A program made the position numbers and the translations under genes. A stretch of DNA of 64,000 nucleotides from NCBI GenBank assembly GCA_045546195.1, contig JAZQCH010000008.1, forward strand, positions 7,481 through 71,480, in the 5' to 3' direction. This document shows, in pieces, positions 1 to 8,192 of the stretch. Each line of letters starts with the position of its first letter. Position 1 is the stretch's first letter. This DNA comes from Candidatus Enterousia sp. GTDB lineage: Bacteria; Pseudomonadota; Alphaproteobacteria; Rs-D84. The notes beneath the pieces are model-generated. The model worked only from the letters and a program-made list of their open reading frames with translations, was not told the origin of the DNA and made no database searches.

Positions 1-1
1 C

Positions 2-472
2 CTGTTTTTCAAGCCGTTCAAGGTTGGTGATACAATTGAAACCGCAACCGGGAAAACGGGTGTTGTAAAAAAGATTATGATTTTTACTACGGAATTACAT
101 ACCTTTGATAATCAGGTTGTGTTTTTGCCAAATGGGGCGCTGGCTAATGGTGAAATTACAAATTTGTCGCATGGCAAGGTACGTCGAACAGATTTGAAAT
201 TAAGTGTTGCGTATGGTGATAAGATTGCGGATGCCCGCAAGGTTATCTTGGATATTCTTAAAAAGGATTCGCGTGTTATGTGGGATCCTGCGCCACAAAT
301 TTTGATTGAACGTTTGGGGGATAGTGGGGTGGAATTGGTTGTCAGATATTGGGCAAAATATGCGGATGCGTATGCCAGCAGTTTGGATTTAATTGAACAG
401 ATTTACGAAATGTTGCCGAAAAAGAAAATTAACTTTCCTTTTCCGCAGTTGGATGTGCGAATTACAAAATAA
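2..472 (+). CDS. MscS-family mechanosensitive channel, C-terminal part (5' end outside window)
   Basis: The frame is open from the window edge. It reads ..PFKVGDTIETATGKTGVVKKI..FDNQVVFLPNGALANGEITNL.., typical of the MscS beta/C-terminal domain. Stop at 470-472 is followed by a hairpin. Confidence 0.8.
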   Translation: MFFKPFKVGDTIETATGKTGVVKKIMIFTTELHTFDNQVVFLPNGALANGEITNLSHGKVRRTDLKLSVAYGDKIADARKVILDILKKDSRVMWDPAPQILIERLGDSGVELVVRYWAKYADAYASSLDLIEQIYEMLPKKKINFPFPQLDVRITK

Positions 473-499
473 AAATCCCCCAAACGGGGGATTTTTTTA
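471..499. terminator. Bidirectional intrinsic terminator between convergent mscS-like gene and tadA
   Basis: AAAAATCCCCC-AAAC-GGGGGATTTTTTT: GC stem flanked by an A-run and a T-run. Confidence 0.75.
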
Positions 500-946
500 T
501 TTTTTGTTGCGACGTATGTGGAAAAAATCGCGCAGCATCTGGGCGGATTCGTCGGCGTGTTCGCTGATTTGATGTACGCCCGGTTTCCACAGATGTTTGT
601 CTGTGTCAAAAATTTTGGCATTGGATGTGATGCCACCACCTTTTTCGTCCGTTGCGGCAAAATAAATATTTTTTATGCGGGCAAATGATATGGCGGTTGC
701 ACACATCGCGCACGGTTCCAGCGATACATAAATATCACAGTCGTCCAGGAATTTTTGCCCCAGTTTTTTACACGCGCGGTTTATCGCAACGATTTCTGCG
801 TGCAGGGTTGGGTTTTGTTTTAGTTGAACCTGGTTTTCGCCACGGGCGATGATTTTGCCGTCGCGCACAATTACCGCCCCGATTGGAACGTCATCGTGTT
901 TCATGGCGCGGTGCGCACAAACAATGGCTTGATTCATAAATTTCAT
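497..946 (-). CDS. tadA: tRNA-specific adenosine deaminase
   Basis: 149 aa with the CDA-fold zinc motifs HAEIVAI and SLEPCAMCATAI. Confidence 0.9.
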   Translation of the reverse strand: MKFMNQAIVCAHRAMKHDDVPIGAVIVRDGKIIARGENQVQLKQNPTLHAEIVAINRACKKLGQKFLDDCDIYVSLEPCAMCATAISFARIKNIYFAATDEKGGGITSNAKIFDTDKHLWKPGVHQISEHADESAQMLRDFFHIRRNKK

Positions 947-963
947 GGTTTATACTTTATCGT

Positions 964-1524
964 ATGGAATCAAAATTGCAAATTATTTCGGGTGCGTATC
1001 GTGGACGCAAACTGCGGTTGCCGCCAGACGCCCGCCCAACCCAGAATCGTGCGCGAATTGCGCTGTTTAATATGATGGAATCGGGGATTGTCGATGCGGC
1101 GGGTGATTTGGTGGTCTGGGATGCGTTTGCGGGTTCGGGGGCGTTTGGATTGGAATGTTTGTCGCGATATCCGGGCGCGCGCGTGTTATTCACAGATGTG
1201 GCATCAACATCAATTAAAACTGTGCGTGATAATTTGGGTGTGCTGGGGGTGGGCGCGCGGGCGTCTGTGGCGCAGGTGGATGCGATTGGGGCGGTCCAAA
1301 AATATGGTGCGGATGCCAATTTGATTTTTGTTGACCCGCCGTACGCGGATGAAAATCTGGGGCGGGCGTTTGTTGCGCGAATTGCGCGTGTGGCGCGTCC
1401 TGGGGCGATTTTAATCTGGGAACAGGAAGTTGGACATGAATCCCAGCCCAACGGTGATGCGTGGGAAATTTTGCGTGATAAGACCTATGGTCGTGCAAGA
1501 TTTTTGATTCTACAAAAAGTCTAG
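964..1524 (+). CDS. rsmD: 16S rRNA (guanine966-N2)-methyltransferase
   Basis: 186 aa. Motifs: IISGAYRGRKL..P...RPTQNRARIALFNMM, SAM motif DAFAGSGAFGLECLSR, and VDPPY. Confidence 0.85.
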   Translation: MESKLQIISGAYRGRKLRLPPDARPTQNRARIALFNMMESGIVDAAGDLVVWDAFAGSGAFGLECLSRYPGARVLFTDVASTSIKTVRDNLGVLGVGARASVAQVDAIGAVQKYGADANLIFVDPPYADENLGRAFVARIARVARPGAILIWEQEVGHESQPNGDAWEILRDKTYGRARFLILQKV

Positions 1525-1690
1525 CCTTGTATTTTTTTTGTTGTTGTAAATTTTTGATTTTTCTATACTAATAAGCATACAAGTAAGGGAAAGGATTCTA
1601 GCGTCTTGATTTGACGGTTTTTTTGTGTGTGGTCTGACACTGATGTGTCGGGCTGCTTTTTGAATTCTTTGCTGTACAGAATGGAGTTTG

Positions 1691-1888
1691 ATGAGGCGGA
1701 TTGTGCTGATTCTTGGCGTGTTGTGGGCTGGAACTGCGTATGCGGAGCTGGCTTCTACGTCGTATGTAAGTACGGCGGTTGAAACACGCGTTGATACATC
1801 TGCCAATGCTAAGCAGGTTATGGCGGGTGAATATACTGTGTCGGGTTCATTTCATGTGCCGACACCGCCTTTGCCACCTATGGATTGA
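1691..1888 (+). CDS. Small secreted protein (paralog of 3788-3985)
   Basis: ATG at 1691 follows GGAG. Signal peptide RRIVLILGVLWAGTAYA, then LASTSYVSTAVETRVDTSANAKQVMAGEYTVSG..TPPLPP. The stop lies 4 nt before the next gene. Confidence 0.6.
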   Translation: MRRIVLILGVLWAGTAYAELASTSYVSTAVETRVDTSANAKQVMAGEYTVSGSFHVPTPPLPPMD

Positions 1889-1892
1889 TGCA

Positions 1893-3527
1893 ATGAAGTG
1901 GTTGTTTGGTCTGTTTTTTAGTCTGTTGTTTATGTTTGCAGCACCAGCGGCCCAGGTTGTTAATGTGCAATATATACATGATTTGATTCAGCAACGATGG
2001 AATATTACGGTGCCTAAAAATGGGCAGCTAGCTGACAGCAGTGTGGTTGCCAATATGGAATATTTGTTGCGGGCGGTTGATGTGGCAAATTATAAATTGA
2101 ATGGGTGGCAGACGACTAATTATGTGGCCAGTGAATATGCAACAACTGCGGCGGCAGATACGGTTGCAGCCCAGCAGGCGGTGGATGGTTTGATTAAATT
2201 TATAGGTTTCCCATTTAAGTTGACAACAATTGATATGACAGACAGTTTCCAGTTTACGATTTCAGCCAAGGGAACTTTTTATGTCAATTGGGGTGATGGC
2301 ACAGAAGAGGTTATAAACCGGACTGATACAAATGAAACATTATACAGTCATACGTATGAAGTGGCGGGTAAATATACCGTCGAATTAGATGGCAAGGCAA
2401 CTGCGTACAGTAATGGCGGTACAACACCAGCAATCAGTTTTAATAATAACCAGAATATCGCGAGTATAAGTGGCAGTCTGGGGCAAATTTTTTCGACATT
2501 GGCGAATGGTACCCAGCCTAAGTTTTATTATACCTTTGGAAATAATCCGAATCTGACGGGTGACATTCCGCCGGCGCTGTTTTCGGGGGTGGCGGGTAAA
2601 CCCACCAAAAATATGTTTTATGGGACTTTTTATGGTGATAAAAACCTGAGTGGTGAAATTCCGGCGGGGTTGTTTTCGGGAATTAAAGGTGATCCGATGG
2701 AGGGGGTGTTTTACCGGACGTTTGAAAATTGTTCTGGGTTGAGTGGCGGTATACCCGATGGTTTGTTTGATGGTTTGTTTGGGCCGCCGGCCCGTGATAT
2801 GTTTCACGCAACGTTTGCGGGGTGTTCGGGTTTGACGGGGAATATTCCATCAGGCTTATTTGCGGGGATTTCTGGGGCACCAGCCCAGCGTATGTATAAT
2901 GCGACATTTTCGGGGTGTTCGGGTTTGACTGGGGCGATTCCAAACGCATTGTTTGGGCGGTTTGATGGTGCGCCCCAGGAATTGATGTTTGGAAATACGT
3001 TCTTTTCTTGTTCGGGATTAACGGGGTCTATTCCGGCGGATTTGTTCACGGGGATTACAGGTCAGCCAGCCAAGCGTATGTTTGAAGGTACGTTTAATGT
3101 TTGTACAGGGTTGACAGGCGCGTTGTCGGCGGATTTGTTCGCGGGGTTGGATGGGGTGCCTGTGGAAAAGATGTTTTATAATACGTTTGCGGGGTGTTCG
3201 GGATTGTCGGGTGTGTTGCCGGCAGGATTGTTTGCGGGGATTTCTGGGGACGTAGCACCACAGATGTTTTACAGAACGTTTTATAATTGTTCAAAATTGA
3301 CCGGAATTGAAGATGGGGTGTTTGGGGAATTTTCGGGGGTGGTTCAGAATCAGATGTTTACAGAAACCTTTTATCGGAATTATGCTTTGACGGGTGAATC
3401 CGTTAAGAGTGGTGGTAAGTACCTGTATGAAATATGGCCAGATGCCACGCAGAATCATGTTGGTGGGATGTATACGTCGGCAACTGGTTTATCTGACTAT
3501 GCGTCAATACCAGACGTGTGGAAATAA
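1893..3527 (+). CDS. Large secreted repeat protein: PKD-like domain plus about ten 31-aa repeats
   Basis: Internal ATG (MKWLFGLFFSLLFMFAAPAA signal peptide) is preferred over the track start 1779, which overlaps the upstream gene. PKD-like NWGDGTEEV..YSHTYEVAGKYTVEL. Repeats follow MF..TF.GCSGLTG.IP.GLF.GI.G.P... . Confidence 0.75.
   Translation: MKWLFGLFFSLLFMFAAPAAQVVNVQYIHDLIQQRWNITVPKNGQLADSSVVANMEYLLRAVDVANYKLNGWQTTNYVASEYATTAAADTVAAQQAVDGLIKFIGFPFKLTTIDMTDSFQFTISAKGTFYVNWGDGTEEVINRTDTNETLYSHTYEVAGKYTVELDGKATAYSNGGTTPAISFNNNQNIASISGSLGQIFSTLANGTQPKFYYTFGNNPNLTGDIPPALFSGVAGKPTKNMFYGTFYGDKNLSGEIPAGLFSGIKGDPMEGVFYRTFENCSGLSGGIPDGLFDGLFGPPARDMFHATFAGCSGLTGNIPSGLFAGISGAPAQRMYNATFSGCSGLTGAIPNALFGRFDGAPQELMFGNTFFSCSGLTGSIPADLFTGITGQPAKRMFEGTFNVCTGLTGALSADLFAGLDGVPVEKMFYNTFAGCSGLSGVLPAGLFAGISGDVAPQMFYRTFYNCSKLTGIEDGVFGEFSGVVQNQMFTETFYRNYALTGESVKSGGKYLYEIWPDATQNHVGGMYTSATGLSDYASIPDVWK
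2520..3400 (+). repeat. Coding tandem repeat, 93-nt (31-aa) period, about 10 units
   Basis: Units such as MFHATFAGCSGLTGNIPSGLFAGISGAPAQR, MYNATFSGCSGLTGAIPNALFGRFDGAPQEL and MFGNTFFSCSGLTGSIPADLFTGITGQPAKR were counted by hand. Confidence 0.8.
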
Positions 3528-3530
3528 AAA

Positions 3531-3639
3531 TATTTGATTTTTGTTGATCCGCCGTATGCGGATGAAAATTTGGGGCGGGCATTTGTTGCGTGATAAAAAA
3601 TACGGGCGCGCACGTTTTCTTACTTTGAAAAGAAAGTAG
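3531..3639 (+). pseudogene. Decayed duplicate of the rsmD 3' end (duplication scar)
   Basis: TTGATTTTTGTTGATCCGCCGTATGCGGATGAAAATTTGGGGCGGGCATTTGTTGCG matches rsmD 1321-1377. The tail TGATAAAAAATACGGGCGCGCACGTTTTCTTACTTTGAAAAGAAAGTAG matches 1476-1524. About 98 nt between two TTGCG repeats is missing, so the frame is broken. Confidence 0.85.
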
Positions 3640-3787
3640 TTGTATGATATAATAATCGTGTTGGTTATACCATAGGGAAGGATGTACGACACATTGATAA
3701 GACAGAAAATTGTCGCCTGCGTATGTTGTGGGGGACGGTTTGTCGTATGTTTTGTCGCGTGATTGTTGTGGTGTGCCGGGGAGCTTT

Positions 3788-3985
3788 ATGAAATATTTTG
3801 TACTGATTATTTGTGTCGTGATATCTGGGTCTGCGTATGCGGATTTGGCATCGACAAACTATGTCAACACGGCCATAGAAGAAAAGGTCAGTACATCTGC
3901 GAATTCAAATCAAACAATGGCGGGGACGTATGATGTGACAGGGGTGATGACTGTGGAAACGCCGCCGTTACCACCAATACCATAG
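3788..3985 (+). CDS. Small secreted protein (paralog of 1691-1888)
   Basis: Signal peptide MKYFVLIICVVISGSAYA, then LASTNYVNTAIEEKVSTSANSNQTMAGTYDVTG..TPPLPP. Confidence 0.6.
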   Translation: MKYFVLIICVVISGSAYADLASTNYVNTAIEEKVSTSANSNQTMAGTYDVTGVMTVETPPLPPIP

Positions 3986-4001
3986 GGGTAGGGTAGAGCA
4001 T

Positions 4002-5060
4002 ATGAAAAAATTGGTTGGTGTATTGTTTGGTTTTATGTTTGCGGTTACAGCAAATGCCGCCCAGGTGGTTAATGTGAAATATGTACATGATGCGATAAGT
4101 CGTGCGTGGAATATTTCTGTGCCGTATAATGAAAGTTTAGTAAATTCATCAGTTGTGGCCAATATGAAGTATGTGTTGACCGCGGTTGATGTGGCAAACG
4201 CCATGCTGAATGGGGCGACAACATCAGATTGGGGGAACAGTCAATACGCAACGCGTCAGGTGGCTGATACTGTGGCGGTGGACACTGTTGTTGCTGGGTT
4301 GATTAAGGTTGATGCTGTTGTGCCAGATGAACCCGGCGAGGATGTGTATGATGATGATGTGACCAGTCCAGAATATCCATTTGCAATTGGGTTAGTGGAC
4401 GGAACAGACGAATTTACGTTTTTGTTATCTGTTCGTGGGGATTTTGTTGTGGATTGGGGTGATGGGAAGGTCGAAACTATTTCCAAGCCGGATGTGTCGG
4501 AACAGGTGGTATCCCACAGATATGATAGTCCGGGCGATTATAAGGTGAGAATTGGTGGAGTGGCGACTGGGTATGATACAACAACATATCCAAGTTATTG
4601 GATACCGGCGATTTCTGCGATAACAGTATCAGATTATTGGAGTATTGAAAAATTGTATGGGCGTTTGGGACGTGTGTTCCCAACACTGGCAGATGGAACG
4701 CAGCCACGATTCGCGGGCGCGTTTATGTACAGCGAAGCGTTAACCGATATTCCCGCGACTTTGTTTGATGGCATTAGTGGAAATTTGGATGATTATATGT
4801 TCTATGCCATGTTCGAAAGCAGTTATGTTTTAACAGAAATACCAGATGGGTTATTTGATGGTTTTAGCGGTGAAGTGGGAACCGGGGCGTTAAGTTATAT
4901 GTTCGCAAATTGTGATGGTTTGACGGGGGCGTCTGCCAAATCAAATGGGGTTTATTTGTATAATAAATGGGCAAATGCGACAGCTGAACAGGTCGGTGGA
5001 ATGTATATGGGTGATTCTGGGTTAAGTGACTATGACGCGATACCAAGTGTGTGGAAGTAA
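4002..5060 (+). CDS. Secreted PKD-like/short-repeat protein (paralog of 1893-3527)
   Basis: Shares AAQVVNVKYVHDAISRAWNISVP, DWGDGKVET..SHRYDSPGDYKVRI, about 3 degenerate 31-aa units, and the C-terminus GLSDYDAIPSVWK with the upstream paralog. Confidence 0.75.
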   Translation: MKKLVGVLFGFMFAVTANAAQVVNVKYVHDAISRAWNISVPYNESLVNSSVVANMKYVLTAVDVANAMLNGATTSDWGNSQYATRQVADTVAVDTVVAGLIKVDAVVPDEPGEDVYDDDVTSPEYPFAIGLVDGTDEFTFLLSVRGDFVVDWGDGKVETISKPDVSEQVVSHRYDSPGDYKVRIGGVATGYDTTTYPSYWIPAISAITVSDYWSIEKLYGRLGRVFPTLADGTQPRFAGAFMYSEALTDIPATLFDGISGNLDDYMFYAMFESSYVLTEIPDGLFDGFSGEVGTGALSYMFANCDGLTGASAKSNGVYLYNKWANATAEQVGGMYMGDSGLSDYDAIPSVWK

Positions 5061-5147
5061 GACCACTTGTTTTTGGGGACGCGTTTTATAAATGTCAAAA
5101 ATTATCGGATTATTCTTCGATTCCGTCGGTGTGGCGATAAAAAATAC

Positions 5148-5176
5148 TTGATTTTTCGTAATTTCTGGGGCATAAT
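5148..5176 (+). promoter_or_regulatory. Candidate sigma70-type promoter of rplY
   Basis: TTGATT-N17-CATAAT, about 65 nt upstream of the rplY ATG. Confidence 0.35.
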
Positions 5177-5239
5177 GCGCGGCGCACAGCACCCTTGGAG
5201 GCTGTGTAGATGTAAAAAACAAATCAAAGGAAATAAAAA

Positions 5240-5860
5240 ATGGCTATTGAATTAAACGCAGAAATTCGCAACGTAGCAGGCAAGGGGGCCGCACGTAGCA
5301 TCCGCAATAACAAAAATATCCCTGCTGTTATTTACGGGGAAAAGAAAACCCCAGTCGCAATCGAATTGAACGGTCGTGAATTCGAAATGTTGCTGAAAAC
5401 ACCAGGTTTGCGGACTAAATTGTTCCAGATTAAAACAAGCGCGGGTACAGAAGACGCAATGCTGATGGATGTTCAGTATCATCCAGTAAGTGATGCGGCA
5501 ATTCATGCGGACTTTAAACGCATTGATGTGAAGAAGCCTGTTAACGTGGTTGTGCCAGTTGAAGTTATCAACGCAGAAACATCCAAGGGATTGAAACTGG
5601 GCGGTACATTGAACTTTGCGGTACGTAAGGTTGCTTTGCGCGGTTTGGTTGATGTTATCCCAGAAAAAATCATTATTGATTTGGCGAACCTGACAATCGG
5701 TGACGTGGTTCACGGTACAGATTTGGTTTTGCCAGCGGGTGTTGAATTGGGCCTGCGCCAGGCGGAATTGGCGTTCGCAATCATTGGTGGTAAAATGCCA
5801 ATGGAAGAAGATGAAAAGGCCAAGGCTGCGGCAATGGCGGCAAGTGCTGCGAAAAAATAA
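5240..5860 (+). CDS. rplY: 50S ribosomal protein L25 / general stress protein Ctc
   Basis: 206 aa. N-terminus ..GKGAARSIRNNKNIPAVIYGEKKTPVAIEL and a two-domain Ctc-type length with an A/K-rich tail. Confidence 0.9.
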   Translation: MAIELNAEIRNVAGKGAARSIRNNKNIPAVIYGEKKTPVAIELNGREFEMLLKTPGLRTKLFQIKTSAGTEDAMLMDVQYHPVSDAAIHADFKRIDVKKPVNVVVPVEVINAETSKGLKLGGTLNFAVRKVALRGLVDVIPEKIIIDLANLTIGDVVHGTDLVLPAGVELGLRQAELAFAIIGGKMPMEEDEKAKAAAMAASAAKK

Positions 5861-5880
5861 TCCAAGAAATTGGTTGTATG

Positions 5881-5906
5881 AAAAACCCGCCATTGGCGGG
5901 TTTTTT
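5881..5906 (+). terminator. Intrinsic terminator after rplY
   Basis: AAAAACCCGCC-ATT-GGCGGGTTTTTT. Confidence 0.75.
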
Positions 5907-5921
5907 GTTCATATAAATCTG

Positions 5922-5950
5922 TTGCGGAAAATTGACGTGGACATTATAAT
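5922..5950 (+). promoter_or_regulatory. Candidate promoter of Cys-rich gene 6000-6734
   Basis: TTGCGG-N17-TATAAT. Confidence 0.35.
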
Positions 5951-5999
5951 GTAAAACAGGTTGGAATACAACAGATGTAAAGTTGAGGGGACGCGGAAT

Positions 6000-6734
6000 A
6001 TGAGGATGTCTTGGATTTTAAGGATGGTTGTAATTGTGGGGGTGACACTGGTTGGTGCGGGTAATGCGATGGCGGTGACATCGATTGTGGGTAATTGTAT
6101 CAGAATTCAATGTCCAGTGGATAATTTAGCGATGGAAACTAACCCGCTGTCTATGGCGCTGGATGGGGATTTTCAGTATGAATATACTTGTTATCAGAAT
6201 TCAACCAACGGGCGTTATTTAAAGATTTCAAGTCTGATATCAACTACTGAATGTCCAGATGGCTATTCGTTACAGCCAAAAACATACTCGTCCATGAATG
6301 CGTGTCCAGATATGCTGTTTACGTATTACGATTGTGCCAGGGATAATACTGTGGAACCTGATGAGCCAGTGTGTATATCATGTGATAATTGCGACGATGA
6401 CCCAGAATCTTGGGTGGGGGCTGGCGTGGGGTATGAAAAACGGGAAAAGAAAACCTGTAATAAAAGTACATGTTTATGTCAAACCAGCACAATATACAGA
6501 TGTGCCCAGGGGTATTATGGTAGTCCAATAAGTGGAACATCGGGCTGTACACGATGTCCGGTTGATAATGTCACGGGGGTACGCGGCACAACTGAAAAGC
6601 CTGGAACAATCAGCGCCAATGGTTGCGTTGTTGCCGCGGAAACGAAGTTTGAAAATGAACGCGGTTCGGGTGTTTATTCGGGGGATTGTACCGGGATTGG
6701 AATTGGGGTGCTGCCTGTGCTGCCACTTGAGTAA
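6000..6734 (+). CDS. Secreted Cys-rich protein (CxxCP family member 1)
   Basis: ATG at 6000 gives MRMSWILRMVVIVGVTLVGAGNAMA as signal peptide. The body is Cys-rich and ends ..GCTRCPVDN..GCVV..GVYSGDCTG.. . Confidence 0.65.
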   Translation: MRMSWILRMVVIVGVTLVGAGNAMAVTSIVGNCIRIQCPVDNLAMETNPLSMALDGDFQYEYTCYQNSTNGRYLKISSLISTTECPDGYSLQPKTYSSMNACPDMLFTYYDCARDNTVEPDEPVCISCDNCDDDPESWVGAGVGYEKREKKTCNKSTCLCQTSTIYRCAQGYYGSPISGTSGCTRCPVDNVTGVRGTTEKPGTISANGCVVAAETKFENERGSGVYSGDCTGIGIGVLPVLPLE

Positions 6735-6826
6735 GGTATATGTTTTGTATGGGATTTCCCACCAAATGGTGGGATTTTTTTGGGGTGGAATTTTATGCTT
6801 GCACGAATCGGATAAATATTACTAGT

Positions 6827-7240
6827 ATGGCGCATACAACAATTCAAATAGGGAGTTTGTCCGTGATAGTTGGGATTGGAATTGACTTGGTCGAATGTGG
6901 GCGTTTCTTGGATTGGTCTGCGTTTAAAAAATCACGTATCTTTACAAAAAAAGAATTGGAATATGCCGATAATGATAATGCGAATTCTGAAAAACATTTG
7001 GCAAATTTCTGGGCCGCACGCGAAGCGTTTTTAAAGGCGATTGGAACGGGATTTGGTGATGATATCAGTTTTTCTGATGTGTCGGTTGTTCATAATGATG
7101 CCGGGCGTCCGGAATTGTTGATTGCGGGCGGGGCCAAGGCGGCACTGAAAGAATTGGTTGGTGGTGATGCGCGGGTGCATCTGTCGATTACTGACCAGTC
7201 TGATTATTGCGCGGCGATGGTCGTTGTTGAAAAAGAATAA
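6827..7240 (+). CDS. acpS: Holo-[acyl-carrier-protein] synthase
   Basis: The internal ATG gives a ~137-aa product. Core IVGIGIDLVECGRF...FWAAREAFLKA typical of AcpS. The track start 6740 would add an implausible N-extension. Confidence 0.85.
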   Translation: MAHTTIQIGSLSVIVGIGIDLVECGRFLDWSAFKKSRIFTKKELEYADNDNANSEKHLANFWAAREAFLKAIGTGFGDDISFSDVSVVHNDAGRPELLIAGGAKAALKELVGGDARVHLSITDQSDYCAAMVVVEKE

Positions 7241-7267
7241 AAAATGCGCATTTTGCGCATTTTTTTA
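7239..7267. terminator. Bidirectional terminator between acpS and the kinase gene
   Basis: AAAAATGCGCA-TTT-TGCGCATTTTTTT. Confidence 0.7.
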
Positions 7268-8188
7268 TCTGGAAAATTGTTTGTCGATATTCATGATTGT
7301 GGATATTTGTTCGCGCATGAATTGGACTTTGTTCTGATTGTTTTGGATGCCTTTGATGCCTTCTGGTGATATGCGCAAATCATCAGATGCCTTGATAAAA
7401 CGTTTTAACAGGGCGCACATAACGCGATACTTCATGATTTGACGCAGGTTTTCGTTATTAACACCAGGCATTGAATATTCTGAACTGTTGTGTAATTTAC
7501 AATATGTTTCGTATGTGCGACGGCATATCCCCAATTCGATTTGTAATGGGGCAAATATGTCGCGATAGATGAAACGATAGTCGGCTTCGGCAAAATCAAT
7601 GAATGATAGGGTGCTGGTTTCTGGGTCGTATAAAACGTTGCCAGGGTTCAGGTCACAATGCGACCAAGCGGCGCGCGTGTCGTATTCAAATGTGCCGATG
7701 TTATCGCGAATTGACGCCATGTATTTTACTTCGTCGTCTTTGAACCAATAATGCATTTTGTTTTCAATGAAATTATCCAGACGATTGAATTTTAATTCAG
7801 ATGCGATTTTGTGGCGCTGAATTTCCTGGATGGGTTTTAATTCGTTCATATCAACCAAAAATGCTGCGATACCGTCAATGATTTCGTATTGCTGGCGGCG
7901 CGATAGTGTTTTGTATAGGTCGGCCGTCAGATGTTCGCCGGGGGCACATTCTTCCAGTAATTGGTATTCATCGTCTTTGATATAAATCATGCGCGGGATG
8001 TTATAACGCGGATTGCCGACGGCGTGGATTTCGTCAATGGCATCTTTGGTACGATGCTGTTTCGCCAGCCATTTGTCGCGTGCGTCGGCATTTAGTGTTG
8101 GCAGGGGACGCTTCATAATCAGCGTGTCGCCAAAATAGACGATATAACTTTCGCGACCGTGGATAAGATTGTTTATGTTCTGTGTCAT
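7265..8188 (-). CDS. Aminoglycoside/choline-kinase-like phosphotransferase (APH fold)
   Basis: ATG at 8188 lies 4 nt after the Fic-like stop. Catalytic loop HCDLNPGNVLYD (HxDxxxxN), metal-binding IDFAEADY, and a Lys in TLIMKRP. The track ORF N-terminus overlaps the upstream gene and was trimmed. Confidence 0.75.
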   Translation of the reverse strand: MTQNINNLIHGRESYIVYFGDTLIMKRPLPTLNADARDKWLAKQHRTKDAIDEIHAVGNPRYNIPRMIYIKDDEYQLLEECAPGEHLTADLYKTLSRRQQYEIIDGIAAFLVDMNELKPIQEIQRHKIASELKFNRLDNFIENKMHYWFKDDEVKYMASIRDNIGTFEYDTRAAWSHCDLNPGNVLYDPETSTLSFIDFAEADYRFIYRDIFAPLQIELGICRRTYETYCKLHNSSEYSMPGVNNENLRQIMKYRVMCALLKRFIKASDDLRISPEGIKGIQNNQNKVQFMREQISTIMNIDKQFSR

Positions 8189-8192
8189 AGCG

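Noticed and set aside
1779-1892. Track start codon of the large repeat protein
   Set aside because: It overlaps the small secreted-protein gene in another frame and gives no signal peptide. The ATG at 1893 gives a canonical signal peptide and a 4-nt intergenic gap.
5252-5893. 213-aa minus-strand ORF
   Set aside because: It is fully antisense to rplY (L25/Ctc). No motifs and an odd composition.
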